This document shows positions 40,631-51,343 of a stretch of DNA of 64,000 nucleotides, in pieces (position 1 is the first letter of the stretch; every line of letters starts with the position of its first letter). The position numbers were made by a program, and so were the translations under genes. This DNA is from an uncultured Chloroflexia bacterium (GTDB taxonomy: Bacteria; Chloroflexota; Anaerolineae; JAAYZQ01): positions 105,342-169,341 of the forward strand of contig CAVOXA010000015.1 of NCBI GenBank assembly GCA_963700285.1, given 5' to 3'. The notes under the pieces are model-generated. The model saw only the letters and a program-made list of their open reading frames with translations, did no database searches and was not told where the DNA came from.

Positions 40631-40770
40631 TCACGCCTCTGCCGGCCGATGCCTTCGATTGCCAGCAGGCTGAGATGGGTATCTGAATAGGAAACCTCTG
40701 CAGTTCACACGCGAAAGGGCTGACAGGTACACATCGAACCAGTATCTGCGAAACGAAAAGGAGGGGAAAC

Positions 40771-42450
40771 ATGTGCGCTAAATACGCCATCGGCGTGGAC
40801 TTTGGCACCGAGTCGGGGCGCGCAGTACTAGTGGATGTGGCGAATGGTCGGGAGATTGTCACGGCCGTACATCCCTATGCCAACGGCGTGATTGATGAGG
40901 TACTTCCTGACAGCGACATCCGCCTCGAGCCAGACTGGGCATTACAGGATCCCAACGATTACCTGGAGGTATTCAAAAAAGCGATTCCCGCCGTTCTCGA
41001 TGAGGGCAGGGTCGATCCTGGCGACGTGGTGGGCCTGGGGATTGACTTTACCGCTTGCACGATGCTGCCTACCAAGGCCGACGGTACTCCCCTGTGTTTC
41101 CTGCCCGAGTGGCGGGAGAATCCGCACGCCTGGGTGAAACTGTGGAAGCACCATGCGGCCCAACCTGAGGCAAACAAGCTGAATGAGACGGCGCGGGAAC
41201 AGGGTTATACTTTCTTGGACCGCTATGGGGGCAAGATCAGTTCCGAGTGGTTCTTCCCCAAGGCCTGGCAAATCCTGGATGAGGCACCCTCAGTGTATGC
41301 TGCGGCTGACCGGTTGCTGGAAGGCGCAGATTGGGTGGTGTGGCAGCTCACTGGCGAGGAGAAGCGAAACTCGTGCACTGCTGGTTATAAGGCTATCTGG
41401 TCCAAGCGGGAGGGATTTCCCTCCAGTGAGTTCTTCAAGGCCTTGGATCCGCGCATGGAACAGATCGTCGACGAAAAGATGGCACACGCGATCTACCCCC
41501 TGGGCGCCAACGCTGGAGGGCTGAGCGATGAGGCTGCGCACTGGACAGGGCTGAAGCCAGGAACGGCGGTAGCCATTGCCAATGTGGATGCCCACGTATC
41601 CGTACCTGCTGCGACCGTCGCCGAACCAGGGCGCATGGTTATTATCATGGGTACCTCCAACTGTCATATGGTGCTGGCTACCGAGGAGCGGATCGTACCG
41701 GGTATGTGCGGCTATGTTGAGGATGGCATCATTCCCGGGTTCTTTGGCTACGAGGCAGGGCAATCATGCGTCGGGGATCATTTTGCCTGGTTCGTGGAAA
41801 ACTGCGTGCCGGGCGCCTACGAGCGGGAGGCGCAGGCCAGAAACCTCAGTATCCACGAATTGCTCGAAGATAAAGCTGCCCGCCTCAGGCCAGGCGAAAG
41901 TGGATTGCTGGCCCTAGATTGGTGGAACGGCAACCGCAGCGTCTTGGTGGATGTGGATCTGACCGGCATGCTCCTAGGCGCCACGCTGGCTACCAAGCCA
42001 GAGGAGATCTATCGGGCCCTCATTGAGGCCACCGCCTATGGAACCCGGATCATCATCGATACTTTTGAGGCCAACGGTGTGCCAGTGAAAGAGATCGTAG
42101 CCACTGGAGGGCTGCCCGATCGCAACCGGCTATTGATGCAGGTCTATGCCGACGTCACAGGACGTTCCATCCACATTGCGGCAACGAGCCAGGGCGGTGC
42201 CCTGGGCTCGGCCATGCATGCTGCTGTGGCCGCAGGAAGCGACGCTGGCGGCTACGACTCTATCGTGAAAGCGGCCCAGCGGATGGCACACTTGCGCCAG
42301 GAAGCCTACCACCCGAGTGGGGAGAACAAAGAGATCTATGATGAACTCTTTGCCGAGTACGTCGCCCTGCATGACTATTTTGGCCGGGGGGCGAACGATG
42401 TGATGAAGCGTTTGAAGGCACGAAGGGCAAAGATCCTTTCCGAGTCGTAG
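40771..42450 (+). CDS. araB: L-ribulokinase
   Basis: 559 aa. [30 protein letters not shown] and LDWWNGNRS are collinear with E. coli AraB. Confidence 0.9.
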   Translation: MCAKYAIGVDFGTESGRAVLVDVANGREIVTAVHPYANGVIDEVLPDSDIRLEPDWALQDPNDYLEVFKKAIPAVLDEGRVDPGDVVGLGIDFTACTMLPTKADGTPLCFLPEWRENPHAWVKLWKHHAAQPEANKLNETAREQGYTFLDRYGGKISSEWFFPKAWQILDEAPSVYAAADRLLEGADWVVWQLTGEEKRNSCTAGYKAIWSKREGFPSSEFFKALDPRMEQIVDEKMAHAIYPLGANAGGLSDEAAHWTGLKPGTAVAIANVDAHVSVPAATVAEPGRMVIIMGTSNCHMVLATEERIVPGMCGYVEDGIIPGFFGYEAGQSCVGDHFAWFVENCVPGAYEREAQARNLSIHELLEDKAARLRPGESGLLALDWWNGNRSVLVDVDLTGMLLGATLATKPEEIYRALIEATAYGTRIIIDTFEANGVPVKEIVATGGLPDRNRLLMQVYADVTGRSIHIAATSQGGALGSAMHAAVAAGSDAGGYDSIVKAAQRMAHLRQEAYHPSGENKEIYDELFAEYVALHDYFGRGANDVMKRLKARRAKILSES

Positions 42451-42526
42451 ACGATCCCTTGGCCTGTGTTACATCTGCAGGGAATGGGGCGTTGGCAACC
42501 GGGGCTGGAAAAAAGAGGAGGGAGAA

Positions 42527-43168
42527 TTGCTGGAAGCATTGCGTGACGAGCTGTGGCGACTGCACCTGGAATTGCCCAAGAACAACCTGGTCACCTGGAC
42601 AGGAGGGAACATCAGCGCGCGAGATCCCGAAACGGGCTACGTGGCAATCAAGCCCTCCGGGGTACGCTATGAGGATCTACGACCAGAGGATATCGTCATC
42701 GTGGATCTGGAGGGCAACTGCATCGAGGGCAATCTCAAGGCATCTTCTGATACGGCCAGCCATCTCTACATCTATCGGTACCGGCCAGATGTCAACGGCG
42801 TCGTTCATACCCATTCCCGCTATGCAACAGCCTTTGCTGCTTTGGGCCGGCCTATCCCAGTCTATCTGACGGCCCACGGCGACGAATTCGGGGGGCCCAT
42901 TCCTTGTGGCGGTTTTGCCCTCATCGGTGGGGAGGAGATTGGCAAGATAGTTGTGGATACCATCGGAGATTCTCGGGCTGTACTACTCAAGAATCACGGC
43001 GTCTTTACAGTTGGGGCAACGCCGCAAGAGGCCGTCAAAGCCGCAGTGATGGTGGAGGATGTAGCGTGGACGGTATGGATCGCACTGCAGATAGGGCAGC
43101 CCGACGAGATCCCTTCGGAGCAGGTGGCCAAGCTTTACCATCGCTACTCACATGAGTATGGCCAGTAG
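42527..43168 (+). CDS. araD: L-ribulose-5-phosphate 4-epimerase (class II aldolase fold)
   Basis: LVTWTGGNISARD, IKPSGV, SSDTASHLYIY, VVHTHS and LLKNHGVFTVG. TTG start follows GAGGAGGGAG. Confidence 0.9.
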   Translation: MLEALRDELWRLHLELPKNNLVTWTGGNISARDPETGYVAIKPSGVRYEDLRPEDIVIVDLEGNCIEGNLKASSDTASHLYIYRYRPDVNGVVHTHSRYATAFAALGRPIPVYLTAHGDEFGGPIPCGGFALIGGEEIGKIVVDTIGDSRAVLLKNHGVFTVGATPQEAVKAAVMVEDVAWTVWIALQIGQPDEIPSEQVAKLYHRYSHEYGQ

Positions 43169-43287
43169 CGGGACCGGTTTTTGAGGGCCTTATAGTAGAA
43201 TCTTCTGGTGGCCCACTACGTGCTGGAATCCTGCGGGCGGATCTCGAGCGCGACTTTGCTGCAACCCTGCACATCTGACTGTCTTAC

Positions 43288-43316
43288 TTGACCGGGTATC
43301 GCTTTTCGGGTATAAT
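43288..43316 (+). promoter_or_regulatory. sigma70 promoter (TTGACC-17-TATAAT) for the infC-rpmI-rplT operon
   Basis: TTGACC at 43288..43293 and TATAAT at 43311..43316, followed by a ~155-nt leader before infC. Confidence 0.5.
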
Positions 43317-43475
43317 TCTCCGGTACAATACAAGTTGTCAGAACACTGTTGTTTTGGCTGTTGTGTCGAACAGAACTTGTGTTGCAGCTAACTGCAGAGC
43401 CCAACGCGACTGTGAGTGGTAAGGCCCAGCGGAGAACGGTCATGTTGGTTCTGCTAGAGATGAGGAGGAGCAGAG

Positions 43476-43997
43476 ATTAGCAACCAGAGAACACGTGTGA
43501 ACGAGGCTATCCGGTCCCCGCAGTTGCGGGTCATTGATGCTGATGGTAAGCAGCTTGGGGTCCTGCCGCGTAGGGAAGCGCTACGCTTGGCCGGCGAGCG
43601 CGAGTTGGACTTGGTGGAGGTTTCCCCGAACGCCGATCCCCCAGTCGTCAAGCTAATGGACTTTGGCAAGTACCAGTACGAGCGGGCAAAACGCGACCGG
43701 GAAGCACGCAAGGCCAGCAAGAATATTGAAGTCAAAGAGATCCGGTTGCGGCCCAAGACTGGTGAACATGATCTGGCCTTCAAGATCCGTCAAGCGCGCT
43801 CTTTTTTGGAAAGCGGCGCCAAAGTTAAGGTTCGGATTCGCTTCCGCGGCCGGGAGATTACTCATCCCGAGGTCGCCCGTGCGCAGATGGAACGTATCTC
43901 TGGGGAACTGTCGGATATAAGTAGCGTCGAACAACGACCTGGCTTTGAGGGGCGTACCATCTTGATGATCCTGGCGCCCACTGTACAGCGCAAGTGA
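43476..43997 (+). CDS. infC: translation initiation factor IF-3, probable ATT start codon
   Basis: Conserved sequence (..TRVNEAIRSPQLRVIDADGKQLGV..) begins upstream of the listed GTG (43497). The frame opens after TGA 43461. GAGGAGGAG (43462..43470) is followed 5 nt later by ATT at 43476. Confidence 0.85.
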   Translation: MSNQRTRVNEAIRSPQLRVIDADGKQLGVLPRREALRLAGERELDLVEVSPNADPPVVKLMDFGKYQYERAKRDREARKASKNIEVKEIRLRPKTGEHDLAFKIRQARSFLESGAKVKVRIRFRGREITHPEVARAQMERISGELSDISSVEQRPGFEGRTILMILAPTVQRK

Positions 43998-44127
43998 GGC
44001 TCCCAAGCACGCGGAAGGGGTCGATAGCCAGATTCTATCCATCTGCTCAACTGTCACAGACTAGATCTTTTTTTGCTGTTGCCCCTGAGCAGGATGGGGG
44101 CAATCGCTTTGTAGGGAGAGTGCTATA

Positions 44128-44337
44128 ATGCCAAAGATCAAGACGCACAAGGCTACTGCTAAACGGTTCAAGTATTCCGGCTCGGGCAAGCTGATGAGGA
44201 CCAAGATCGGCAAGAGCCACCTGCGCCGGAAAAAGTCCAAGCGCATCAAGCGTATGTTTGATGAGATGCACGTGGTAACGGATTCTGCTTCCAAAACGCG
44301 GGTCCGGAAACTGGCTCCATATCTGAAAAAGAAGTGA
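44128..44337 (+). CDS. rpmI: 50S ribosomal protein L35
   Basis: [24 protein letters not shown]..., 69 aa. Confidence 0.95.
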   Translation: MPKIKTHKATAKRFKYSGSGKLMRTKIGKSHLRRKKSKRIKRMFDEMHVVTDSASKTRVRKLAPYLKKK

Positions 44338-44413
44338 TGACGGACAGGTTGCTGGCATGCTGGCCGTTTGTGCTTGCCTGCCAGTTGCCACATATGCTGT
44401 AGAGGAGTTAACA

Positions 44414-44764
44414 GTGCCAAGAGTAAAAGGGGGTCCTCGGATCCGACGACGACATAATAAGGTCCTGAAGCTGACCAAGGGTCAGTTTGGGGGCAAGCAC
44501 CGGTTGTGGCGGCGGGGCAACGAGGCGATGCTCAAGTCGCTGTGGTATAGCTACCGCGACCGGCGTAACCGAAAGCGAGATTTCCGCCGCCTGTGGATCA
44601 CGCGCATCAACGCGGCTGCACGTCAAAGCGGGCTGTCCTACAGCCGTTTTGTTTATGGTTTGAGGGAGGCCAACATTGAACTGGATCGCAAGGTCCTGGC
44701 TGACATAGCCGTACGCGACCAGGCGACCTTTGCTCAGTTGGTCGAGGCTGTCAAGGAGCAGTAG
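44414..44764 (+). CDS. rplT: 50S ribosomal protein L20
   Basis: GTG 44414 follows [32 protein letters not shown]...[13 protein letters not shown]. Confidence 0.95.
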   Translation: MPRVKGGPRIRRRHNKVLKLTKGQFGGKHRLWRRGNEAMLKSLWYSYRDRRNRKRDFRRLWITRINAAARQSGLSYSRFVYGLREANIELDRKVLADIAVRDQATFAQLVEAVKEQ

Positions 44765-44802
44765 GCCCAGGACTATAGGCCTCAGCAGGATAGGGCCGCA
44801 CT

Positions 44803-45603
44803 ATGGTCAAGATCACGAGCGTTCACAACGAACGCGTCAAGTATGTCCGGTCCCTCGCCCGGCGCCGAAACCGCCAGCGAGAGGGCCGTTTTGTTGTCGA
44901 GGGTAGCCGGCTGGTGGATGAAATGGTGAGAGCGGGCGAGAGGCCCGCTCTTGTCTTGTACACCGAGGCCTGGGCAGCAAGCCTCGAGGCCAAACCCTTG
45001 CTGACGGTGCTGGCTCTGGCAGAAGGTGGAGCCTGGCCTGTCAGCGAGCCGGTCTTTGCAGTTTGCGCTGATTCCCAAACGCCCCAGGGCGTACTGGCGG
45101 TCGTGTCCTTTGTACGCACCCTACCGCGCCCAGGGCCCATCCTGATCCTCGATAGATTGCGAGATCCTGGCAATCTGGGTACTCTCCTTCGCTCTGCAGA
45201 GGCTGCGGGTGTGGGGCAGGTGTTCCTTGCGCCAGGGACCGTGGACCTGTACAACCCCAAAGTTGTGCGAGGGGCTATGGGTGCCCACTTTCGCCTGCCT
45301 GTAATTCACCTGGACTGGCCGGCCATTGTCGAACAAGTGGCGGGGCGAGCGGTGTGGCTGGCCGATGCCGAAGGTGAGACGGCCTACGATGCCGTGGATT
45401 GGAGGGTACCTTCCTCGCTAATTGTCGGGGGAGAGGCGACAGGTTCCAGTCAGGAAGCATCTGACCTGGCGACAGGACGGGTACGCATCCCCATGACCAG
45501 GGGCACAGAATCTCTCAATGCAGCGATGGCTGCGACCGTGATCCTATTTGAGGCTGCTCGCCAGCGGCGGGTCCACGCAACTTTTTCTGGAGACTATCTA
45601 TGA
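44803..45603 (+). CDS. TrmH/SpoU-family RNA 2'-O-methyltransferase
   Basis: ILDRLRDPGNLGTLLRSAEAAG, LIVGGEATG and IPMTRGTESLNAAMAATVILFE are the SPOUT motifs. Confidence 0.85.
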   Translation: MVKITSVHNERVKYVRSLARRRNRQREGRFVVEGSRLVDEMVRAGERPALVLYTEAWAASLEAKPLLTVLALAEGGAWPVSEPVFAVCADSQTPQGVLAVVSFVRTLPRPGPILILDRLRDPGNLGTLLRSAEAAGVGQVFLAPGTVDLYNPKVVRGAMGAHFRLPVIHLDWPAIVEQVAGRAVWLADAEGETAYDAVDWRVPSSLIVGGEATGSSQEASDLATGRVRIPMTRGTESLNAAMAATVILFEAARQRRVHATFSGDYL

Positions 45604-46806
45604 ACATCCGCTCAGTCACCTGTTTCGTCAACGCCGGCTCTGTCGATACCCAGGCCGAGACCATTCGATCCGCCGGGCAGCTGGCACAAGAAGCCAGCGC
45701 AGCGCTGCGGTCGGCGGGTTTTCCCGTCCAGACAACGCGTCTCGCGACACAGCCGTTTTCTCTCTTGCCAGATAACCCGATGCACCTGGCCCCCACCCTT
45801 TGGAGTCAGTGCGCCGAGGCTGGTTTTGATTTCTTGTCTTTAGGACCGATCTTGGCCGACACGCCGGCTGCAGACCTGTCGCGGATGGACCTGATCCCAG
45901 ATCTGATCCGCAGTACTGAAACGGTGTTTGCCAGCGTGCTCGTCAGCAAGCGAGGACAGGGACTGCACCTGGATGCGATCCAGCGGACAGCTAGCCTCGT
46001 GCGAGAGATTGCCCATTCTACCGATCTGGGATTTGGCAACCTTCGATTGGCCATGCTGGCCAACGTGGGTCCGCATTCGCCCTTCTTCCCGGCCGCTTAC
46101 CACGACGGTGGGTCGCCGGCGCTAGCCATCGCCACCGAGTCCGCTGATCTGGCCGTTACTGCCTTTTCCGATGCGACTTCACTGGACGAGGCACGGCTGC
46201 GGCTTGTGGCGGCGGTCGAAGCAGCGGCGGGACAGATCGTTGACCTGATCGGCCCGCTGCTCGAAAAGCAGGGCTATCGCTTTCCTGGGATCGACTTTTC
46301 CCTGGCGCCCTTCCCCGAAGAGGCGCGGAGTATCGGCGCCGCGGTGGAAGCCCTGGGTGTGGATTGTTTTGGAGCGCCGGGTACTCTTTTTGTATCCTCG
46401 CTCCTCACCGATTGTCTGCGCCAGGCAAACTATCCTCGTTGTGGCTTTAACGGCCTGATGCTGCCGGTGTTGGAGGATGCCATTCTTGCCGACCGCAGTC
46501 GCCACGGACTGTTTACTGTCAACGACCTGCTCCTCTATTCTGCAGTGTGCGGTACCGGACTTGACACCGTGCCTTTGCCAGGCGATGTGAGCGAGGCGGA
46601 ACTGTCCGGCATCCTGCTAGACGTGGCTGCGCTGGCCTTTCGCCTGGACAAGCCACTTACCGCGCGGCTGATGCCCATACCCGGCGCCCAAGCCGGCTGA
46701 CCTCACTACTTTCGACTTTGCCTACTTTGCCAACGGGCGCGTTCTGGACACAAAGGCACTGGGCAGCCGTGGGTTGTTCGAGCGAGGATCATGGTTGGCA
46801 ACGTAG
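45600..46806 (+). CDS. DUF711 (UPF0210) family protein, frame disruption near 46698
   Basis: MNIRSVTCFVN.. is a typical DUF711 start. The listed ORF stops at 46700, but the +1 frame continues family-like (..AGDLTTFDFAYFANGRVLDTKAL..) to TAG 46804..46806. Confidence 0.7.
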
Positions 46807-46908
46807 CCCTCCTTACTTGGCGAATTTGCACTAGTGTGGTAGAATTCGTGCCGTACTAGGCTTTGGGCTTGGTGCGCGTTATGCATGATGTGAACGAGCA
46901 GGTCAGGC

Positions 46909-46945
46909 GGCTCATCAGGCAGGACAGTGATGAGCCGTCTTTTTT
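46909..46945 (+). terminator. intrinsic terminator
   Basis: GGCTCATCA-(10 nt loop)-TGATGAGCC followed by GTCTTTTTT. It lies ~100 nt after the corrected DUF711 stop. Confidence 0.6.
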
Positions 46946-47028
46946 GTGCGCTGCAGAGAGCATGCATGCAATGTTGATGAGGAACAAGAACAGAAAGCCG
47001 TGCGCTTGCCGCGCAGAGGGTTGTGACA

Positions 47029-49121
47029 ATGAAGGCAAAAAAAACGGATACGCTCGATACCATTCGCAACATCGGCATCATTGCCCACATTGACGCGGGC
47101 AAGACTACTGTCACCGAGCGGGTGTTGTTCTATACTGGCTTCACCCACCGCCTGGGCAGCGTGGATGACGGAACCACGGTGACCGACTTTATGCCCCAGG
47201 AACGAGAACGGGGCATCACCATCCAGTCGGCGGCTATCACCAGCACCTGGCGCGATCACCAGATCAACATCATCGATACGCCGGGCCACATCGACTTTAC
47301 TGCCGAGGTGCAGCGCAGCCTGCGCGTTCTGGATGGTGGTGTGGTGGTATTCGACGGCGTGGCTGGCGTGGAGCCCCAATCGGAGACCGTCTGGCGCCAG
47401 GCCGACCGCTACGGTGTGCCCCGCATCTGCTTTGTGAACAAGATGGACCGCATGGGCGCCGACTATTGGCGTACCATCGACAGCATCACCAAGCGGCTGG
47501 GGGCAAAGCCTGTAGCGGTGCAGTTACCCATTGGGTCGGAGAGACGACTTTTGCGGTATCGTGGATCTGATCGATGAAAAGGCCATCGCCTATTGCGACG
47601 AGGACCACACCGAGCCGGCGATATGCAATGTACCAGAGGAGATGCGAGCTGAGGTGGCCCGGCGGCGGGACGAGATGATCGAAAACTGGCCGAGCTGGAC
47701 AGCGAGGCCTCTATCGAGCTGGCGGAGCTGTACCTGGAAGGAGAGGAGCTGTCCCCGGCGCTGCTCCGGGCGGTCCTGCGCCAGGCGACACTCGCCGGGG
47801 AGGTGGTACCGGTGCTGTGTGGCACGGCTTTACGCAACAAAGGGGTCCAGATTGCTGTTGGATGCTGTGGTGGACTATTTGCCCTCGCCCCTGGACGTAC
47901 CGCCCATGACTGGCAAGGATCCTGATACGGACGAGGAGGTCGCCTGTCTGCCCGGACCCTGGCGCGCCGACTGCGGCCTTGGTTTTCAAGATTAATACCG
48001 ACCCTTACATGGGCAGGCTGACCTATTTCCGCGTCTATTCGGGAGCCGTGCGGCGGGGCGAATTCCTGCTCAATGCCAATAGCGGCAACCGGGAGCGGAT
48101 CGGCCGCTTGGTGCGCATGCACGCTGATCGCCGCGAAGAGGTGGATGAGATCCGAGCCGGAGACATTGGCGCTGTGCTGGGCCTCAAGGCTACAACCACA
48201 GGCGAAACCCTGTCTGCTGAGGAACGGCCCGTGGTATTGGAACAGATCACATTCCCTGCTCCGGTCATTGAGCTGGCAGTCGAGCCGTACACCAAGGCTG
48301 ACCAGGACAAGTTGGGCTTGGCCCTTAAGCGATTGACGGATGAAGATCCTACCTTCCAGGTACGCCATGACGAGCGCCTGGGACAGACGATTCTCGCCGG
48401 CATGGGCGAACTTCACCTTGAGGTGCTACTGGATCGCCTGCGCCGCGAGTTTGGTGTTGGTACCAAGGTGGGGCGTCCCCAGGTGGCTTACTATGAGACG
48501 ATTACCCGCCCAGCACGTGCCGAGGGCCGGCTGGTCAAGCAGACAGGGGGGCATGGCCAGTTCGCCGTGGTGGAGTTGGAGGTCGAACCCCTGCCCTCTG
48601 GCAGTGGCTTCCTCTTTGAGAATAAGGTAGTGGGTGGGAACGTACCGCGGCAGTACATCTCTGCCGTTGAGGCTGGCGTACACGATGGCATGACTCGTGG
48701 TGTGTTGGCCGAGCAACCCATGGTGGACATCAAGGTCACTCTGGTGGACGGCAAGGCGCACGACGTGGATTCGTCGGAGCGAGCTTTTTCCACGGCGGCG
48801 TCCATGGCTCTGCGTCAGGCCGTTGGCCAGGCTGGTCCCATCCTGCTGGAGCCGATCATGCACGTAGACGTATTGACGCCCGAAGACTATACAGGGGATG
48901 TCATTGGTGATCTGAGTACCCGATCTGCCAGCATCACGGGTATTGACTCGCGAAATGGCAGTGGCCAGTCTATCCAGGCCGATGTTCCGCTTGCGGCGAT
49001 GTTCGGCTATGCCACATCGCTGCGGTCCCGAACCCAGGGCCGGGGAGCTTTTGTCATGCAGTTCGATCACTATGCTCCGATATCGCCTGAAGTGATAAAA
49101 GAACGGGAGAGAGCCCACTAA
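47029..49121 (+). CDS. fusA: elongation factor G paralog, at least 4 frame disruptions between ~47545 and ~47975
   Basis: The G domain is intact ([26 protein letters not shown]). The sequence then hops frames: GSE|[12 protein letters not shown]|[15 protein letters not shown].., NKGVQ|[13 protein letters not shown], ..[20 protein letters not shown]. Domains II-V are intact in ORF 47979..49121. It is not in an rpsL-rpsG-fusA-tuf context. Confidence 0.85.
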
Positions 49122-49147
49122 TCACCGGTGAGATCTCGTACTTTGAG

Positions 49148-49189
49148 CACTCGGAAAGGGTGGATTCTGTCCCCCTTCCGAGTGTTTTT
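49148..49189 (+). terminator. intrinsic terminator after the EF-G gene
   Basis: CACTCGGAAAGGG-(loop)-CCCCTTCCGAGTG (13-bp stem, 1 mismatch) followed by TTTTT. Confidence 0.65.
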
Positions 49190-49199
49190 CGTTGTGGGC

Positions 49200-49228
49200 T
49201 TGCACGTCTCTGTGAGCAATGGTATACT
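49200..49228 (+). promoter_or_regulatory. sigma70 promoter (TTGCAC-17-TATACT)
   Basis: TTGCAC at 49200..49205 and TATACT at 49223..49228, ~50 nt upstream of ATG 49280. Confidence 0.5.
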
Positions 49229-49279
49229 GTAACCTGATGGACATCAGCTTTGATGCAGTTTTTCTGGAGGTGGGAGGCT

Positions 49280-50266
49280 ATGGGTTTCTGGGCTGACTTG
49301 AAGTATAGGCTTCAAAATCTCTTTGGGCTGGAGACATCTTTTCCCTTGGGCGACGAAGTACTGCCTCAAACCTTGCAGCCCCGCGTGTTGCTGATCACCT
49401 TCAATCCTGTCATCCGCTCGGAAGGCGGCAGAAAGCTGACAGACGTCCTGGGCTGGTGCAACATTGATGAGTTGTGCCGCGAGTACATTGCCGATCTGCG
49501 CGAGTGCAGTGGTGGCTTTTTAGAGTACCGGATCGTCCAGCGAATTGGGATCGACGCCTGGCCGAGGAAAATAGACGGCTTTCGCTATGATGGGGATAGT
49601 TACCTACAATGCTGGCGCAACCGGACAGGCTTCCACGATCCAGACGCCGTCGACTATGAGGCTATCCTCGAAGAGTTTGATCTTCTGGCTCGCGTCGAGT
49701 CGGACCAGATTGATGAGGTATGGTTATTCGGCTTTCCCTATGCCGGTTTCTACGAATCGCAGATGATTGGGCCCAAGGCTTTTTGGTGCAATTCACCGCC
49801 CATGTCGCGCAATGATGGGATCTCGCGCCGGTTTGTGATCATGGGCTTTAACTATGAGCGAGGCGTGGGCCCCATGTTGGAGTCCTTTGGGCACCGTGTT
49901 GAATCGCATCTCCAGTACGTCTGGCGTCGTCGGAGGGGCGAGGACAACCTATGGGAGCGATTCATCCGCTACGACAAGGTCTCCCCCGGGCGGGCGAACT
50001 GTGGTTGGATGCACTATGCCCCCAACAGTCTCACGGACTATGACTGGGGCAACCCGACCAGAGTACAGAGCAACTGCGACGACTGGCTCAACTTTCCCAA
50101 CTTTCAGGGTGCCTGGGGAGTGGTAGATTGTCGTGACTGGGGAAACGGCGATATGCGCGCTCATCACAAGTGGTGGTTCAAGCGCCTGCCCAACGCCCCA
50201 GGTGACACGCAGGGAATCTCTAACAACTGGTGGCTCTATGGCGTGGACCCCAACAGGGCCGGCTAG
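49280..50266 (+). CDS. hypothetical Trp/Cys-rich protein, no recognisable family
   Basis: ORF 49250..50266. ATG 49280 follows GGAGGTGGGAGG. Globular-looking sequence (..EVWLFGFPYAGFYESQMIGPKAFWCNS.., ..CGWMHYAPNSLTDYDWGN.., ..AHHKWWFKRLP..). Confidence 0.5.
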   Translation: MGFWADLKYRLQNLFGLETSFPLGDEVLPQTLQPRVLLITFNPVIRSEGGRKLTDVLGWCNIDELCREYIADLRECSGGFLEYRIVQRIGIDAWPRKIDGFRYDGDSYLQCWRNRTGFHDPDAVDYEAILEEFDLLARVESDQIDEVWLFGFPYAGFYESQMIGPKAFWCNSPPMSRNDGISRRFVIMGFNYERGVGPMLESFGHRVESHLQYVWRRRRGEDNLWERFIRYDKVSPGRANCGWMHYAPNSLTDYDWGNPTRVQSNCDDWLNFPNFQGAWGVVDCRDWGNGDMRAHHKWWFKRLPNAPGDTQGISNNWWLYGVDPNRAG

Positions 50267-50388
50267 GAGAGCTGTCCCGCCGATGCCCTGACCGCCAGGG
50301 CCGGGAGCCGGGGTGTGACTCATCGCAAGACTTGTCATGGATCCGGCTCTGGGGGGGCCTGGGGTTCGGAGCTAGGATAGCAGCCCTT

Positions 50389-51243
50389 ATGATTCTCGTC
50401 ACAGGAGCAGCGGGGAAAACGGGTCAGGCTGTCATTCGGGCATTGGCCATCAAGGGTGAACCCGTGCGGGCGTTGGTCCGCCGCCCAGGGCAAATCCAGG
50501 GTATCATGGACCTCGGGGCTCGGGAAGCAGCAGCCGGTGACATGCGCTCAAGGGCCCCGATGGAGCATGTCACCCAAGGCGTTCGGGCCATTTACCATAT
50601 CTGTCCCAATATGAGCCCTGACGAGGTGGCCATTGGCCAAACTGTGATCGCGGCGGCCCAATCAGCCGGCGTCGAGCACTTTGTCTACCATTCGGTCCTG
50701 CATCCCCAGACCGAAGCCATGCCCCACCATTGGCTCAAGCTGCGCGTGGAGGAGCAGTTGTTCGAGTCAGGGTTAGATTACACAATCCTACAACCTGCAG
50801 CCTACTTGCAGAATATCCTGGCTCATTGGGATCAGATCGTCGAACAAGGCGTCTACCCGATTCCCTATGCAGCGGAGACCCGTCTGGGTATGGTTGATCT
50901 GGAGGATGTCGCCGCGGCAGCTGCCATCGTTCTGACTGAGCCTGGACATGAGGGCGCCACGTACGAACTGTCCGGGCCCAACCTTCTGTCTCAGACCGAG
51001 ATTGCTACGATCTTGGCTGAACTACTGCGTCGTCCGGTATGCGCCCAGGTCGTGCCTCTGGCAACTTGGGCGGCTAGAGCCAGGGCCTCGGGTCTGGGCG
51101 ACTACCAGGTTGAGACACTGGTCAAGATGTTCTGCTACTACGAGAAACATGGGTTCAGGGGCAATGCACAAGTGCTAGGCTGGTTGCTTGGCCGTCCTCC
51201 CACCAGTTTCTCAGTCTTTGTACGGCGCATCTCTTGGGGATGA
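50389..51243 (+). CDS. NmrA-like / atypical SDR NAD(P)-binding protein
   Basis: MILVTGAAGKTGQAVIRALAIKGEPVRALVRRP is a Rossmann start. The upstream part of ORF 50230 is not conserved. Confidence 0.8.
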   Translation: MILVTGAAGKTGQAVIRALAIKGEPVRALVRRPGQIQGIMDLGAREAAAGDMRSRAPMEHVTQGVRAIYHICPNMSPDEVAIGQTVIAAAQSAGVEHFVYHSVLHPQTEAMPHHWLKLRVEEQLFESGLDYTILQPAAYLQNILAHWDQIVEQGVYPIPYAAETRLGMVDLEDVAAAAAIVLTEPGHEGATYELSGPNLLSQTEIATILAELLRRPVCAQVVPLATWAARARASGLGDYQVETLVKMFCYYEKHGFRGNAQVLGWLLGRPPTSFSVFVRRISWG

Positions 51244-51343
51244 ATTCGTACATGACATAGAGGGCTGGAAAGCCTCGACCTGATTCACCGAGATAACCGT
51301 CAGAGTGAGGAGTGGGGATATGATCAATCATGGAGGTACAGTG

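Noticed and set aside
46823-46945. Stand-alone ~85-nt sRNA between a TTGGCG-17-TAGAAT element and the terminator at 46909..46945
   Set aside because: After correcting the DUF711 frameshift, the gene ends at 46806. The hairpin is then most simply its terminator, and the promoter-like match is weak.
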